Shown in pieces: positions 1 to 7,964 of a stretch of 64,000 nucleotides of DNA. The notes below the pieces were generated by a model. The model did not search any database. It was not told where the DNA came from and saw nothing but the letters and a program-made list of their open reading frames with translations. Location: positions 12,363-76,362 of the forward strand of contig JAFWZX010000015.1 in assembly GCA_017517275.1 (NCBI GenBank), given 5' to 3'. The stretch comes from Clostridia bacterium (lineage in GTDB: Bacteria; Bacillota; Clostridia; UBA1212; UBA1255). Position numbers and translations under genes: made by a program. How positions within the stretch are numbered: the first letter of the stretch is position 1; each line of letters opens with the position of its first letter.

Positions 1-353
1 ATTATTATTTTTTTACCGCACATAACAGACTTGAAAACAGTGTCTACAACAGGCACTATACAATGCCACGTTGTACCGTCAAAAGCAAGCAGCTCCTGAG
101 TAAGATTAGGCACGTTGTTAAGGTCTTTGCCGAAAGACGGTCTGCACCAAAAAGCAGAGTGGTTTTCTATTGCTACGTATTCTGCATTTTCGGGTAGAAA
201 ATCTACGTCGATAACAATACTGTTTTCAAAGTTAAAGCCTTCTTCGCAAAGGGCGTCTACGTAGCAGGCGTGTCCGTTTTCAAACTCTGAATATCTGATT
301 AACGCGGCATTGTCTACTTGTTCTTTGTTTTTTGTCGTAATGTAATTTGCCAT
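1..353 (-). CDS. partial CDS (first ~117 codons, continues past window edge); possibly Sip1/raffinose-synthase-like (GH36-related) glycosidase
   Basis: The minus-strand frame is open from ATG (351-353) to position 1 with no stop; I translated it by hand as MANYITTKNKEQVDNAALIRYSEFENGHACYVDALCEEGFNFENS... The ATG overlaps the activase stop (TAATG). HSAFWCRPSFGKDLNNVPNLTQELL resembles the WW..P..G...P.ETQ.L block near the N-terminus of Sip1/raffinose-synthase proteins. It is missing from the ORF track because it has no stop in the window. Confidence 0.4.
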   Translation of the reverse strand, partial: MANYITTKNKEQVDNAALIRYSEFENGHACYVDALCEEGFNFENSIVIDVDFLPENAEYVAIENHSAFWCRPSFGKDLNNVPNLTQELLAFDGTTWHCIVPVVDTVFKSVMCGKKII

Positions 354-1123
354 TATATTAACTCCCTATATAAGAATTTTTTACCAATATTTTCATATTT
401 TGCACCGGCCAAGGTGTTGTATTTTAAATATCTTACAGGCAGGGGCCCTGCAATCCTTTTTATAGCAGCCAAGTTGTCCTCTGTATCCGTGATTCCCGGG
501 ATCAATGGCACGCTGAAGCAGGCCTCGATTCCTGAGCTTTTAAGTATCTCGGCATTTTGTAAAATAACGGAATTATCCGCACCCGTGTATTTCTTATGCT
601 TGTCGCTGTCTATTATCTTTAAATCCATATAGACAAAGTTGCACATGTTTATAACCTGTGAAAATATATGCGACGGGGCAAAGCCTGATGTTTCTATCGC
701 GATATGAACGCTACCTTTAAGCTTTTTTATAACGTCAATCAAAAAGTCGTGCTGCATCAGCGGTTCTCCACCTGAGAAGGTGACGCCGCCACCGCAGGAA
801 TTTAAAAAATTACTTTGTGACAAGAGTTTTTCGGAAAGCTCCTGGCTGCTTACGTACGTTCCGATTTTTTCCACGAGATTATCGGGGCATATGTGAAGAC
901 ACCTGTCAAAAGCAGCACAATCATCGTGCTGACATTTTTGCAGACACAGACCGCACTGCTTGCAGCGACTTTTTTTTATGGATAATTCAGGTTCGGGAGA
1001 CAGACCTTCCGGATTATGACACCATATGCAGCGAAGGGGACAGCCTTTGAGGAAAACAGTTGTTCTGATGCCGTCACCGTCGTGCAAAGCAAATTCTTTG
1101 ATGTCAAAAATTAACCCTTGCAT
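353..1123 (-). CDS. glycyl-radical enzyme activating protein (radical SAM)
   Basis: 256 aa. Contains CPLRCIWCHNPE (CxxxCxxC), a ferredoxin-like CKQCGLCLQKC insert and a GGEPLMQ SAM motif. Its start overlaps the stop of the upstream GRE gene (TAATG at 1121-1125). Confidence 0.9.
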   Translation of the reverse strand: MQGLIFDIKEFALHDGDGIRTTVFLKGCPLRCIWCHNPEGLSPEPELSIKKSRCKQCGLCLQKCQHDDCAAFDRCLHICPDNLVEKIGTYVSSQELSEKLLSQSNFLNSCGGGVTFSGGEPLMQHDFLIDVIKKLKGSVHIAIETSGFAPSHIFSQVINMCNFVYMDLKIIDSDKHKKYTGADNSVILQNAEILKSSGIEACFSVPLIPGITDTEDNLAAIKRIAGPLPVRYLKYNTLAGAKYENIGKKFLYRELI

Positions 1124-3093
1124 TATACGGTGTACTCCTGTCTGGATATAACGTGATTCTGGTATTCTTTGTCAAGCTCTGTGAAATAAGCAGACCAACC
1201 CCAGATTCTGACTACAAGCTGTCTGTACTGCTCGGGGGTCTTTTGCGCGTCCTTGAGTGTATCGGCGTTTACTGCATTAAGCTGTAGCTGGTGACCTCCT
1301 CTTGATACGAAATATTTTATCAAGGCAGCTACCTTTGTTATGCTGCTGTCATCATTAAATATGCTTGATGCAAATTCTAACGTTAACGGTCCGCCGTTTA
1401 TTACCTTTTGCATATCCTGTGAGGAGAAGGCTTCTATAACAGATACGGGGCCGTTTACTTTAGCCGTAAGTGTAGGGGAGAAGTTTGTGCCAAGGGCTTC
1501 ATCTGAGCGTCTGCCGTCTGCTGTTGCACCTAAGTTACGTGCGTGCCATAAGTAGTACATGGCTGTACCTGAACCGGCTCTCCATTTGCCGCCAAGGCAG
1601 TTTGTACGGCTTTCTAACGTGTCTGCAAAAGTGTTCATAATCTGACATGACATATCTATCGCTATATCGCTGTCGACGCCTCCCATTTTGGGTGCTTCGT
1701 GTCTTAACATGTGAAGCAACTGCGGGTCGTTATCGTAATTAGTATCAAGTGCGTCAATTAACCTGTCGATTGTAACTGTTTTCTCATCAAATACGTATTT
1801 CTTAACGGCTGCCAGTGAGTCTGCGGCGCAGGATATACCGCAACCGTGAATGCCGAAGTTATTGTACTTTTTGGCTGTTCGAAGAAGGTCAAGGAAGGGT
1901 GAGGGGGCAAACCATACGTTTTTGATTTGTTCGGTGATAAGGTCGCATTCCTTTACTATGTATTCCTTAACTATTGCCATAAGCTGGTCAAAAGAATCAT
2001 ATTTTCTGCTTTTGATTGCGTTATTTACTATCATAGGGAAATTAAGTGCGCCTATGTTGGCAATATCGTTACCTACTTTTGGGATAATAAATTCCCAGCA
2101 TGCGGCAACCACGTATTCTTTTGCATCGCAAGGCTCGTATCCTTTTTTGATTAAGCCTGGGATAACGACGTCGTCGTTAGAATACTGTGGGAAGCCCAAA
2201 CCTACCTTCGTAAGCTGTGTTGCAAGCTCGTAAATCTCTGTAGGTGTATTCTTATTGACACGCAGGTTGATCTTAGGATCGATAAGCTTAAGGTTACGGC
2301 TGGCAATAAGGCAAAGCTTTGACAAGGTGTTGAATTGGTAATTACCGTCAAGGTCGCTGCCTCCAAGTACCATGCTCTGGCCGTTGTCGCCTTGCTGTAC
2401 TCCGGGATATATATCACTGTCTTTGTTAAATGAAATGAAGAAATCTTCTATAAGATCCAAAGCGCTGTCTTCGTCAATCACTCCGGCCTTAAGATCTGCC
2501 TCGAAATACGGATACATGTACATGTCAAATCTTCCCACCGTATTATGATAATTTCCTTCTAACCATAATGCGTAGTGAAGTATTCTGAAGAATTGTAATG
2601 CTTCGCGGAAATTACGTGCGCTGTATCTGGGTACCCGACTAAGTATGTCGGCTATGTCCTGTCTGCCCATTTCTTTTGCAGCAGCCTGATATCTGTCGCA
2701 AAGTCCGATAATTGCATCGATAACTCGCGCCTGATATTCTGTTGCGTTTTCACGTAAGGGGAGAAGTCCGGTCTTAATTACTCTCTCGTAATCAAGACTG
2801 AGATTTGATACGTATCCTAATTCGTGTACGTAATGATCTTTCTTTATCTCTGCCCATTCTTCCCGGGTAAAGCAGTCTTCTACGTCCTTGATAGTGCGTA
2901 CCAGTACGATTTTTTCCTCCGGATGTATAGCCGGCTGTTCTAAACGGCATATTTCTTCAAATCTTCTGCATACACGTTCCTCCGGTGTAAGCGTTGCTTT
3001 TTGGTAATACTCAACTGAGCTCGGGCAGAGCGCTACTCTTTTTGCTCTGTGCTCTCGGGCGATAATGTAATAATTATATACGTTTTTGTTCAT
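1123..3093 (-). CDS. glycyl radical enzyme, PFL2/diol-dehydratase-like, unusually short (656 aa)
   Basis: C-terminal glycyl radical motif VVRIWGWSAYF. Cys/Glu loop VVAACWEFIIP. Blocks GRFDMYMYPYF, INLRVNKNTP and GFPQYSNDDVVIP are typical of PFL2-type GREs. Confidence 0.85.
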   Translation of the reverse strand: MNKNVYNYYIIAREHRAKRVALCPSSVEYYQKATLTPEERVCRRFEEICRLEQPAIHPEEKIVLVRTIKDVEDCFTREEWAEIKKDHYVHELGYVSNLSLDYERVIKTGLLPLRENATEYQARVIDAIIGLCDRYQAAAKEMGRQDIADILSRVPRYSARNFREALQFFRILHYALWLEGNYHNTVGRFDMYMYPYFEADLKAGVIDEDSALDLIEDFFISFNKDSDIYPGVQQGDNGQSMVLGGSDLDGNYQFNTLSKLCLIASRNLKLIDPKINLRVNKNTPTEIYELATQLTKVGLGFPQYSNDDVVIPGLIKKGYEPCDAKEYVVAACWEFIIPKVGNDIANIGALNFPMIVNNAIKSRKYDSFDQLMAIVKEYIVKECDLITEQIKNVWFAPSPFLDLLRTAKKYNNFGIHGCGISCAADSLAAVKKYVFDEKTVTIDRLIDALDTNYDNDPQLLHMLRHEAPKMGGVDSDIAIDMSCQIMNTFADTLESRTNCLGGKWRAGSGTAMYYLWHARNLGATADGRRSDEALGTNFSPTLTAKVNGPVSVIEAFSSQDMQKVINGGPLTLEFASSIFNDDSSITKVAALIKYFVSRGGHQLQLNAVNADTLKDAQKTPEQYRQLVVRIWGWSAYFTELDKEYQNHVISRQEYTV

Positions 3094-4928
3094 TTTGTTC
3101 CTCTTATCCAGACCTTCATATCGGTTTTACCTCTGTTGGCAAAAGTCCAATACGGTCTAAAATGTAATATTTTATTATTTGAGTTTAATTTTGCGATTCT
3201 GTAAAGACTAGGGAAGTACTCGTCTACGTATCCTTCTAAGTCGATGTTGTTCATATAGTAATCAGCCGGTATGAATACTTTAGCAGTTTCAAGAGCTTTC
3301 TCTATTGAAACACATACTGCGCCAAGGTCGTAGTCATTGTCTATTCTCTCCAGGCAATACAGCGTAGGTCCGTAGAAAAGAGCTACTTTACCGCTGTTTT
3401 CTCTAACTGCGGGATTTGTTTCTACAAAGTACGGCTTCATATTGAAGTCAAGGTTAATATCCATATTTTCACATGCATCCAGGATTATATAACCATCTTT
3501 AAGGGTATGTTGTGCATCAATAGTATATTCATCACACCATGCAGGCTTTCTTAAATAAATCTGCTTATATTTATTACCGCTGATTGTAATATTCATCTTG
3601 CCTGAAACAGGATATTGTGTATCAATTACAATCTTTGCCTTAGTAGTGTTCGCTCTAAGTGCTGTATACTGATTTATTATAAGAGCGTCGTCTCTTTCCA
3701 TAAAGAAGAAGTCGCCGATTCTTGCAAAAATACGATTGATATTAGGCGGGCAGCAGGAGCATTGGAAAACTTTGTATCTCTCTTGCGGCGGCAGGGAAGA
3801 TCTGTTTGCTGGGGCCATGCACGTCTCTTTGCCTACTGAAGCCAAATGAATTTCCAGTGGATTCTGGTAGAAGAAGGAAGTGCCGTCAAGGGAAGTTGAT
3901 ACTAATAGGGCATTGTGCATTATGCGCTCGATTACCTCGGGATATTTCGTATCAAGGCTTACTTTTTGCATTGCAAGGGCAAAGAGCATATAACCGATTG
4001 CAGCGCATGTTTCTGAATATGCCTCAAGATTCGGAAGATCGTATTTGACGGTGAATGCTTCGCCTGCCTTTGATGAGCCTACGCCGCCGGATACGTACAT
4101 TCTGCTTGTTAAAATATTATCAAACAGTCTGCTCGCTGCATCCATGAGCTTTTTATCTTCTGTGATTCTGGCAGCTTCTGCCATGGCTGTGTACAAATAA
4201 ACAGCTCTTACTGCGTGACCTTCTGCTTCCTGTAATTCACGAACAGGCATCTCGTTCTGATCGTAGCAGTTACGGAGCATAGGAGGCATGGCTTTATCGC
4301 ACGTTCCTCGTGTGTTTATGAAAAACATTGCCATGTCGAGATATTTTTTCTCACCGCAATATTCGTACATTTTAAGTAATGCCAATTCAATCTCCTCATG
4401 TCCGGGAACAGAGAAGGAGGATGTCTTGTCTATAATGAAGCATTTTTCAATATAATCGAAATATTTCTTCATTACGTCAAGGAAATCATGTTCGCCCGTT
4501 GCTATGTCATATGCAATGGCAGCTTCCAATAAATGGCCGGCACAATATAGCTCGTGGGCATTTTTATCTGTGAAAATCTTCTCAGGCGCTACCTGCTGGA
4601 AGTAGGAATTCATGTATCCGTCTTCTCTTTGGTGCTCCTTCATAGACGCGATTAATTCGCGGCAGAGCTTGAGTTCTTCTTCACATTCATTTCCTGAGTG
4701 TACCAGGTATGCAACACCTTCCATCCACTTTGCTACGTCAGAGTCGTAGAAGACGTGTGGCTTTGGCTTTCCTTCCTCATAAGTAAAGCGAAGCGCTTCA
4801 AAACGTGAAGTCTCTTCAAATCTGTCACGTACACTCTTTATGCTTACATCTTTATTAAGTTCGTATCTTTTTTTCCAAAAACCATCCGTAAAAACGATAT
4901 TGTTATATGCAATATTTCTCATATTCAT
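3090..4928 (-). CDS. GH127-family (DUF1680) glycosidase, beta-L-arabinofuranosidase-like
   Basis: YSETCAAIG (Glu-x-Cys) and QCSCCPPNINR motifs match the Zn/Cys catalytic site of HypBA1-type GH127. The ORF-track start at 4943 is TTG; the ATG at 4926-4928 has GGAG 9 nt upstream. The stop overlaps the GRE start (ATGA at 3090-3093). Confidence 0.8.
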   Translation of the reverse strand: MNMRNIAYNNIVFTDGFWKKRYELNKDVSIKSVRDRFEETSRFEALRFTYEEGKPKPHVFYDSDVAKWMEGVAYLVHSGNECEEELKLCRELIASMKEHQREDGYMNSYFQQVAPEKIFTDKNAHELYCAGHLLEAAIAYDIATGEHDFLDVMKKYFDYIEKCFIIDKTSSFSVPGHEEIELALLKMYEYCGEKKYLDMAMFFINTRGTCDKAMPPMLRNCYDQNEMPVRELQEAEGHAVRAVYLYTAMAEAARITEDKKLMDAASRLFDNILTSRMYVSGGVGSSKAGEAFTVKYDLPNLEAYSETCAAIGYMLFALAMQKVSLDTKYPEVIERIMHNALLVSTSLDGTSFFYQNPLEIHLASVGKETCMAPANRSSLPPQERYKVFQCSCCPPNINRIFARIGDFFFMERDDALIINQYTALRANTTKAKIVIDTQYPVSGKMNITISGNKYKQIYLRKPAWCDEYTIDAQHTLKDGYIILDACENMDINLDFNMKPYFVETNPAVRENSGKVALFYGPTLYCLERIDNDYDLGAVCVSIEKALETAKVFIPADYYMNNIDLEGYVDEYFPSLYRIAKLNSNNKILHFRPYWTFANRGKTDMKVWIRGTK

Positions 4929-5110
4929 AATCTCATTCTCCAAGCTTTTATTTGTCTGCTTATTATATCGTTAGTTGGATAAATGTGCAAGATTATTTGT
5001 GAACTTGCGCTATTTTATGCTTGAAAAAAAAAGGGGCTTCTGTTATTATGTCGCCAACTGAATATGATTGCTGTGATTAATACAGTAACATAGATGGGAG
5101 GACTTTAAAA

Positions 5111-7651
5111 ATGAATAATCAAGGTTATTATGTTCGAGGAATTCCTTATAAAGGAATAGACATGTGGACACCTATGGCTTGCCTGGACGATGCAAAGGCG
5201 TATGCTGACGCAAATGCACGTTTTGGCTGTGTTGTTGCAGACAGTGAGGGTACTATCGTTTACGCGCCTTTAGGCAGAACTGTTTCTGACTTCCTGTATG
5301 AGGCAAAGCAGGTTACTGACTACGTTCGTGATCACGAATTCTTATATGGTGATGCCCCGATTAACCCTGCGATGAATCATGATGCGAAGCTTGTTAGCTG
5401 TGACAGACTTGTTGACTGGGCCCTTTACAGACTGGGCTACGTTGATCAGCCGTCAAGCCACGGTATGGCTGTTGGCGGTTGCCCTGGTTACGTTCAACTT
5501 GCTGATTGGTGTGCAGAGCGCGGCTTTACAAGAATTGAGAATCAAGATGAACTCAAAGCCGGCGATATTATTTTCATCCGTCTTAATGCCGGCGGATTCC
5601 CGGGTCATACTTTCATTCTTGCTAGTGAAAAATATGAAGACGGTAACTACTACAGATATGATTGCGGCAGAACAGAGAGAATTCGCAGTACTCAACCTTC
5701 TTACGAGCCGATTTCTGATTTTGCTTTTGCCTACAGGCTTCCTGAAGCTGCAATGGCCGGAACATATTTCAAATATGACGGTGTTCCTTTTGCTATACTG
5801 GGCAAGAAGAAGGAAACTAATGAAAAGGGTATTGTATACACCATGCCTGACGGCCTTGTTTTAGAGTGCAGAATTGAGAGATATGCTAAATATAACGTTA
5901 CTAAATGGGTTAACTATTGGTCAAACCCTACAGAGCATAACAGCTGTACAATTTCTAATCTCTATGACTGTGATACTACGTCATTCTTTGAGCCTGATCC
6001 GCTTAAGGTAAGACGTAATCGTCAGATGACTTGGGAACCTAAGACTCTCCAACTTTATATTGTCAACGCAACTCAGGTAAGAGATGATGATATATTTGCA
6101 ACACCTATGCGTTTGTGGCCGGGAGACAGCTATCATCTTCCGGGAAATGCGGGCAAGGCTCCTTTCTTTGACGTTAACAGACAAGAGAAAGGTACAATTC
6201 TTGCTATTGGTTGGACCGGCCGTTGGGATGCTCAATTTAACAGAAGTGAGACAGGATTCCGCATGAGAACAGGTATTAAAGATACAGAGTTCTATATCAA
6301 ACCCGGCGAATCTTTCAGAACTTCATCTGCTACGATCCTTGAATACAATAACGGACAGACTAACGGACATAACGCATGGAGAAGATATATCCGTGAAGTA
6401 TTGTCTCCTTTAGGCAAAGGTCAAAGACCCGGCAGAGTTCCTTTCTCGGCTATTTTCTGGGGCGGCGTTACAAGTGAGAATCTTAAGAACCGTTGGAAAG
6501 GTATTTATGATGCGAAGCTGCCTATTGATACGTGCTGGATTGATGCAGGCTGGTATGAACCTCTTACAGGTGAGACTTGTGCCGATCAGTCAAGAGAATG
6601 GGGTAACGTAGGTGATTGGACCGTTAATAAGAAATATCATCCAAATGAGTATCAGGACGTTCTTGAACTTTTTGCAGAGCATGGAACACAGATGATGGTT
6701 TGGATGGAGCCCGAGCGTATGCGTAAGACTGTAAAAATGTGGACAAAGCATCTTGAACATCCGGATCCGAACAGAATCGACTTCCTCGTTGCTCTTAATG
6801 ATGATGAAGCATGCAATGACGTTATCAACCTTGTATCAGGAGTTATTGAAAAGCTCAAGTTAGCTGTTTACAGACAGGACTTTAACAGTGATCCCACCGG
6901 TTTCTGGGATTATGAGAAGAATAACGAACCCGGCCGTAAAGGTATCTGCGAGATTAAATATATTCTCGGCTTATATAAATTCTGGGATGCTTTGTTAGAG
7001 AGATTCCCGCACCTTCTTATTGATGACTGTGCAGGCGGCGGACACCGTATCGACATTGAAATGCTTGGCCGTTCTGCGCCCATGTGGAGAAGTGACTACC
7101 AGTGTTCGTGGGATTGCTGTCCTGAAGCCAACCAGATTCAGAACTTCGGTGCTGCTTGGTGGTATCCTTACTCAGGTATTGGTTACGGTCCGACGTTAGG
7201 AGATACCTATAGCTTTAGAAGTGCATATACAAGCGGTATTACAATACGTACGTGGGAACATTCAGATCCGGAGTGGGAAGTAGGCGGTATGAACGAACCT
7301 CTTGACTGGGCTAAGAAGTATTTTGATGAATACGTATCTGTTCAGGATTACTTCACACGTGATTTCTATCCTCTTATTGCTAACTCTCATGAGAATATTG
7401 CATGGGCTGCTTCACAGTTTGACTACCCGGAGGACGGAAGCGGCATTATCCTTGCTTTCCGCCGCGCAAGATCTCCGTTTGACAGTATGGTTGTTAATCT
7501 GGGTGGTATTTGTGCTGATAAAACGTATAAATTCTATAATTTTGATACGGAAGAAACATTCTCTGTTTCAGGTCAGGATATTATTGATAACGGATTGCGT
7601 TTGCATATTCCGAATATGCGCCAATCATTACTCTTAAAGTACGAGTGCTGA
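5111..7651 (+). CDS. fusion protein: N-terminal NlpC/P60-like Cys-His domain + GH36-type alpha-galactosidase-like domain
   Basis: The N-terminal ~200 aa carry VSCDRLVDWALYRLGY ... GDIIFIRLNAGGFPGHTFILAS (NlpC/P60 Cys...His pattern). The C-terminal part carries CWIDAGWYE, VYRQDFNSD and DDCAGGGHRIDIEMLGRSAPMWRSD (GH36 nucleophile and acid/base blocks). No signal peptide is evident. Confidence 0.7.
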   Translation: MNNQGYYVRGIPYKGIDMWTPMACLDDAKAYADANARFGCVVADSEGTIVYAPLGRTVSDFLYEAKQVTDYVRDHEFLYGDAPINPAMNHDAKLVSCDRLVDWALYRLGYVDQPSSHGMAVGGCPGYVQLADWCAERGFTRIENQDELKAGDIIFIRLNAGGFPGHTFILASEKYEDGNYYRYDCGRTERIRSTQPSYEPISDFAFAYRLPEAAMAGTYFKYDGVPFAILGKKKETNEKGIVYTMPDGLVLECRIERYAKYNVTKWVNYWSNPTEHNSCTISNLYDCDTTSFFEPDPLKVRRNRQMTWEPKTLQLYIVNATQVRDDDIFATPMRLWPGDSYHLPGNAGKAPFFDVNRQEKGTILAIGWTGRWDAQFNRSETGFRMRTGIKDTEFYIKPGESFRTSSATILEYNNGQTNGHNAWRRYIREVLSPLGKGQRPGRVPFSAIFWGGVTSENLKNRWKGIYDAKLPIDTCWIDAGWYEPLTGETCADQSREWGNVGDWTVNKKYHPNEYQDVLELFAEHGTQMMVWMEPERMRKTVKMWTKHLEHPDPNRIDFLVALNDDEACNDVINLVSGVIEKLKLAVYRQDFNSDPTGFWDYEKNNEPGRKGICEIKYILGLYKFWDALLERFPHLLIDDCAGGGHRIDIEMLGRSAPMWRSDYQCSWDCCPEANQIQNFGAAWWYPYSGIGYGPTLGDTYSFRSAYTSGITIRTWEHSDPEWEVGGMNEPLDWAKKYFDEYVSVQDYFTRDFYPLIANSHENIAWAASQFDYPEDGSGIILAFRRARSPFDSMVVNLGGICADKTYKFYNFDTEETFSVSGQDIIDNGLRLHIPNMRQSLLLKYEC

Positions 7652-7682
7652 TGCGAGTGCTAAGATTAAATATAAAAAAAGG

Positions 7683-7767
7683 GCTGTTTTCCCCGTGTGC
7701 CGATAAGACAGTAATTCCGTAAAAATCATAATTTTACGGTATCTGTCTTACGGGATTGGAAAACAGC
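7683..7767. other. long imperfect hairpin (~85 nt) immediately downstream of the GH36 fusion gene
   Basis: Three arm pairs: gctgttttcc (7683-7692) with ggaaaacagc (7758-7767); aagacag with ctgtctt; ccgtaaaa with ttttacgg. They are separated by internal loops. The right arm is also the outer end of the left inverted repeat. Confidence 0.6.
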
Positions 7768-7850
7768 TACGAAAAGAACGATGTCGAGTCGAAAGACTTA
7801 GCATCGTTCTTTTTCTATCTCAAAACTGGAAATTACGGAGGATTTACCAT
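7744..7850. repeat. left copy of ~108-bp inverted repeat bracketing the ATPase gene
   Basis: The reverse complement of 7744-7850 aligns with 9182-9290 with only a few mismatches and one 2-nt indel (aligned by eye). Confidence 0.9.
7772..7815 (+). terminator. intrinsic-terminator-like hairpin inside left repeat (A-tract/stem/T-tract, potentially bidirectional)
   Basis: aaaagaacgatg-tcgagtcgaaagactta-g-catcgttcttttt: a 9-bp outer stem, an inner gagtc-GAAA-gactt hairpin, and a T-run at 7810-7815. Confidence 0.6.
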
Positions 7851-7912
7851 GATTGCCATTGATGATAAATGAAACCTATTTGTAAATTTCTATTTACCAT
7901 TTTTGAAATTCT

Positions 7913-7941
7913 GTTGAAAATGGTAAGGAGTTGTGGCATAA
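7913..7941 (+). promoter_or_regulatory. putative sigma-A promoter for the ATPase gene
   Basis: TTGAAA (7913-7918), 17-nt spacer, CATAAT (7936-7941). GAGGTGA SD at 7951-7957 precedes the ATG at 7965. Confidence 0.4.
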
Positions 7942-7964
7942 TACGTACTGTGAGGTGATGCGCC

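Noticed and set aside
4944-5110. Possible catabolite-responsive element (cre) in the divergent promoter region (tgtgaacttgcgct), and near the pta promoter
   Set aside because: The candidate deviates from the TGWAANCGNTNWCA consensus at the central CG. I found no convincing match.
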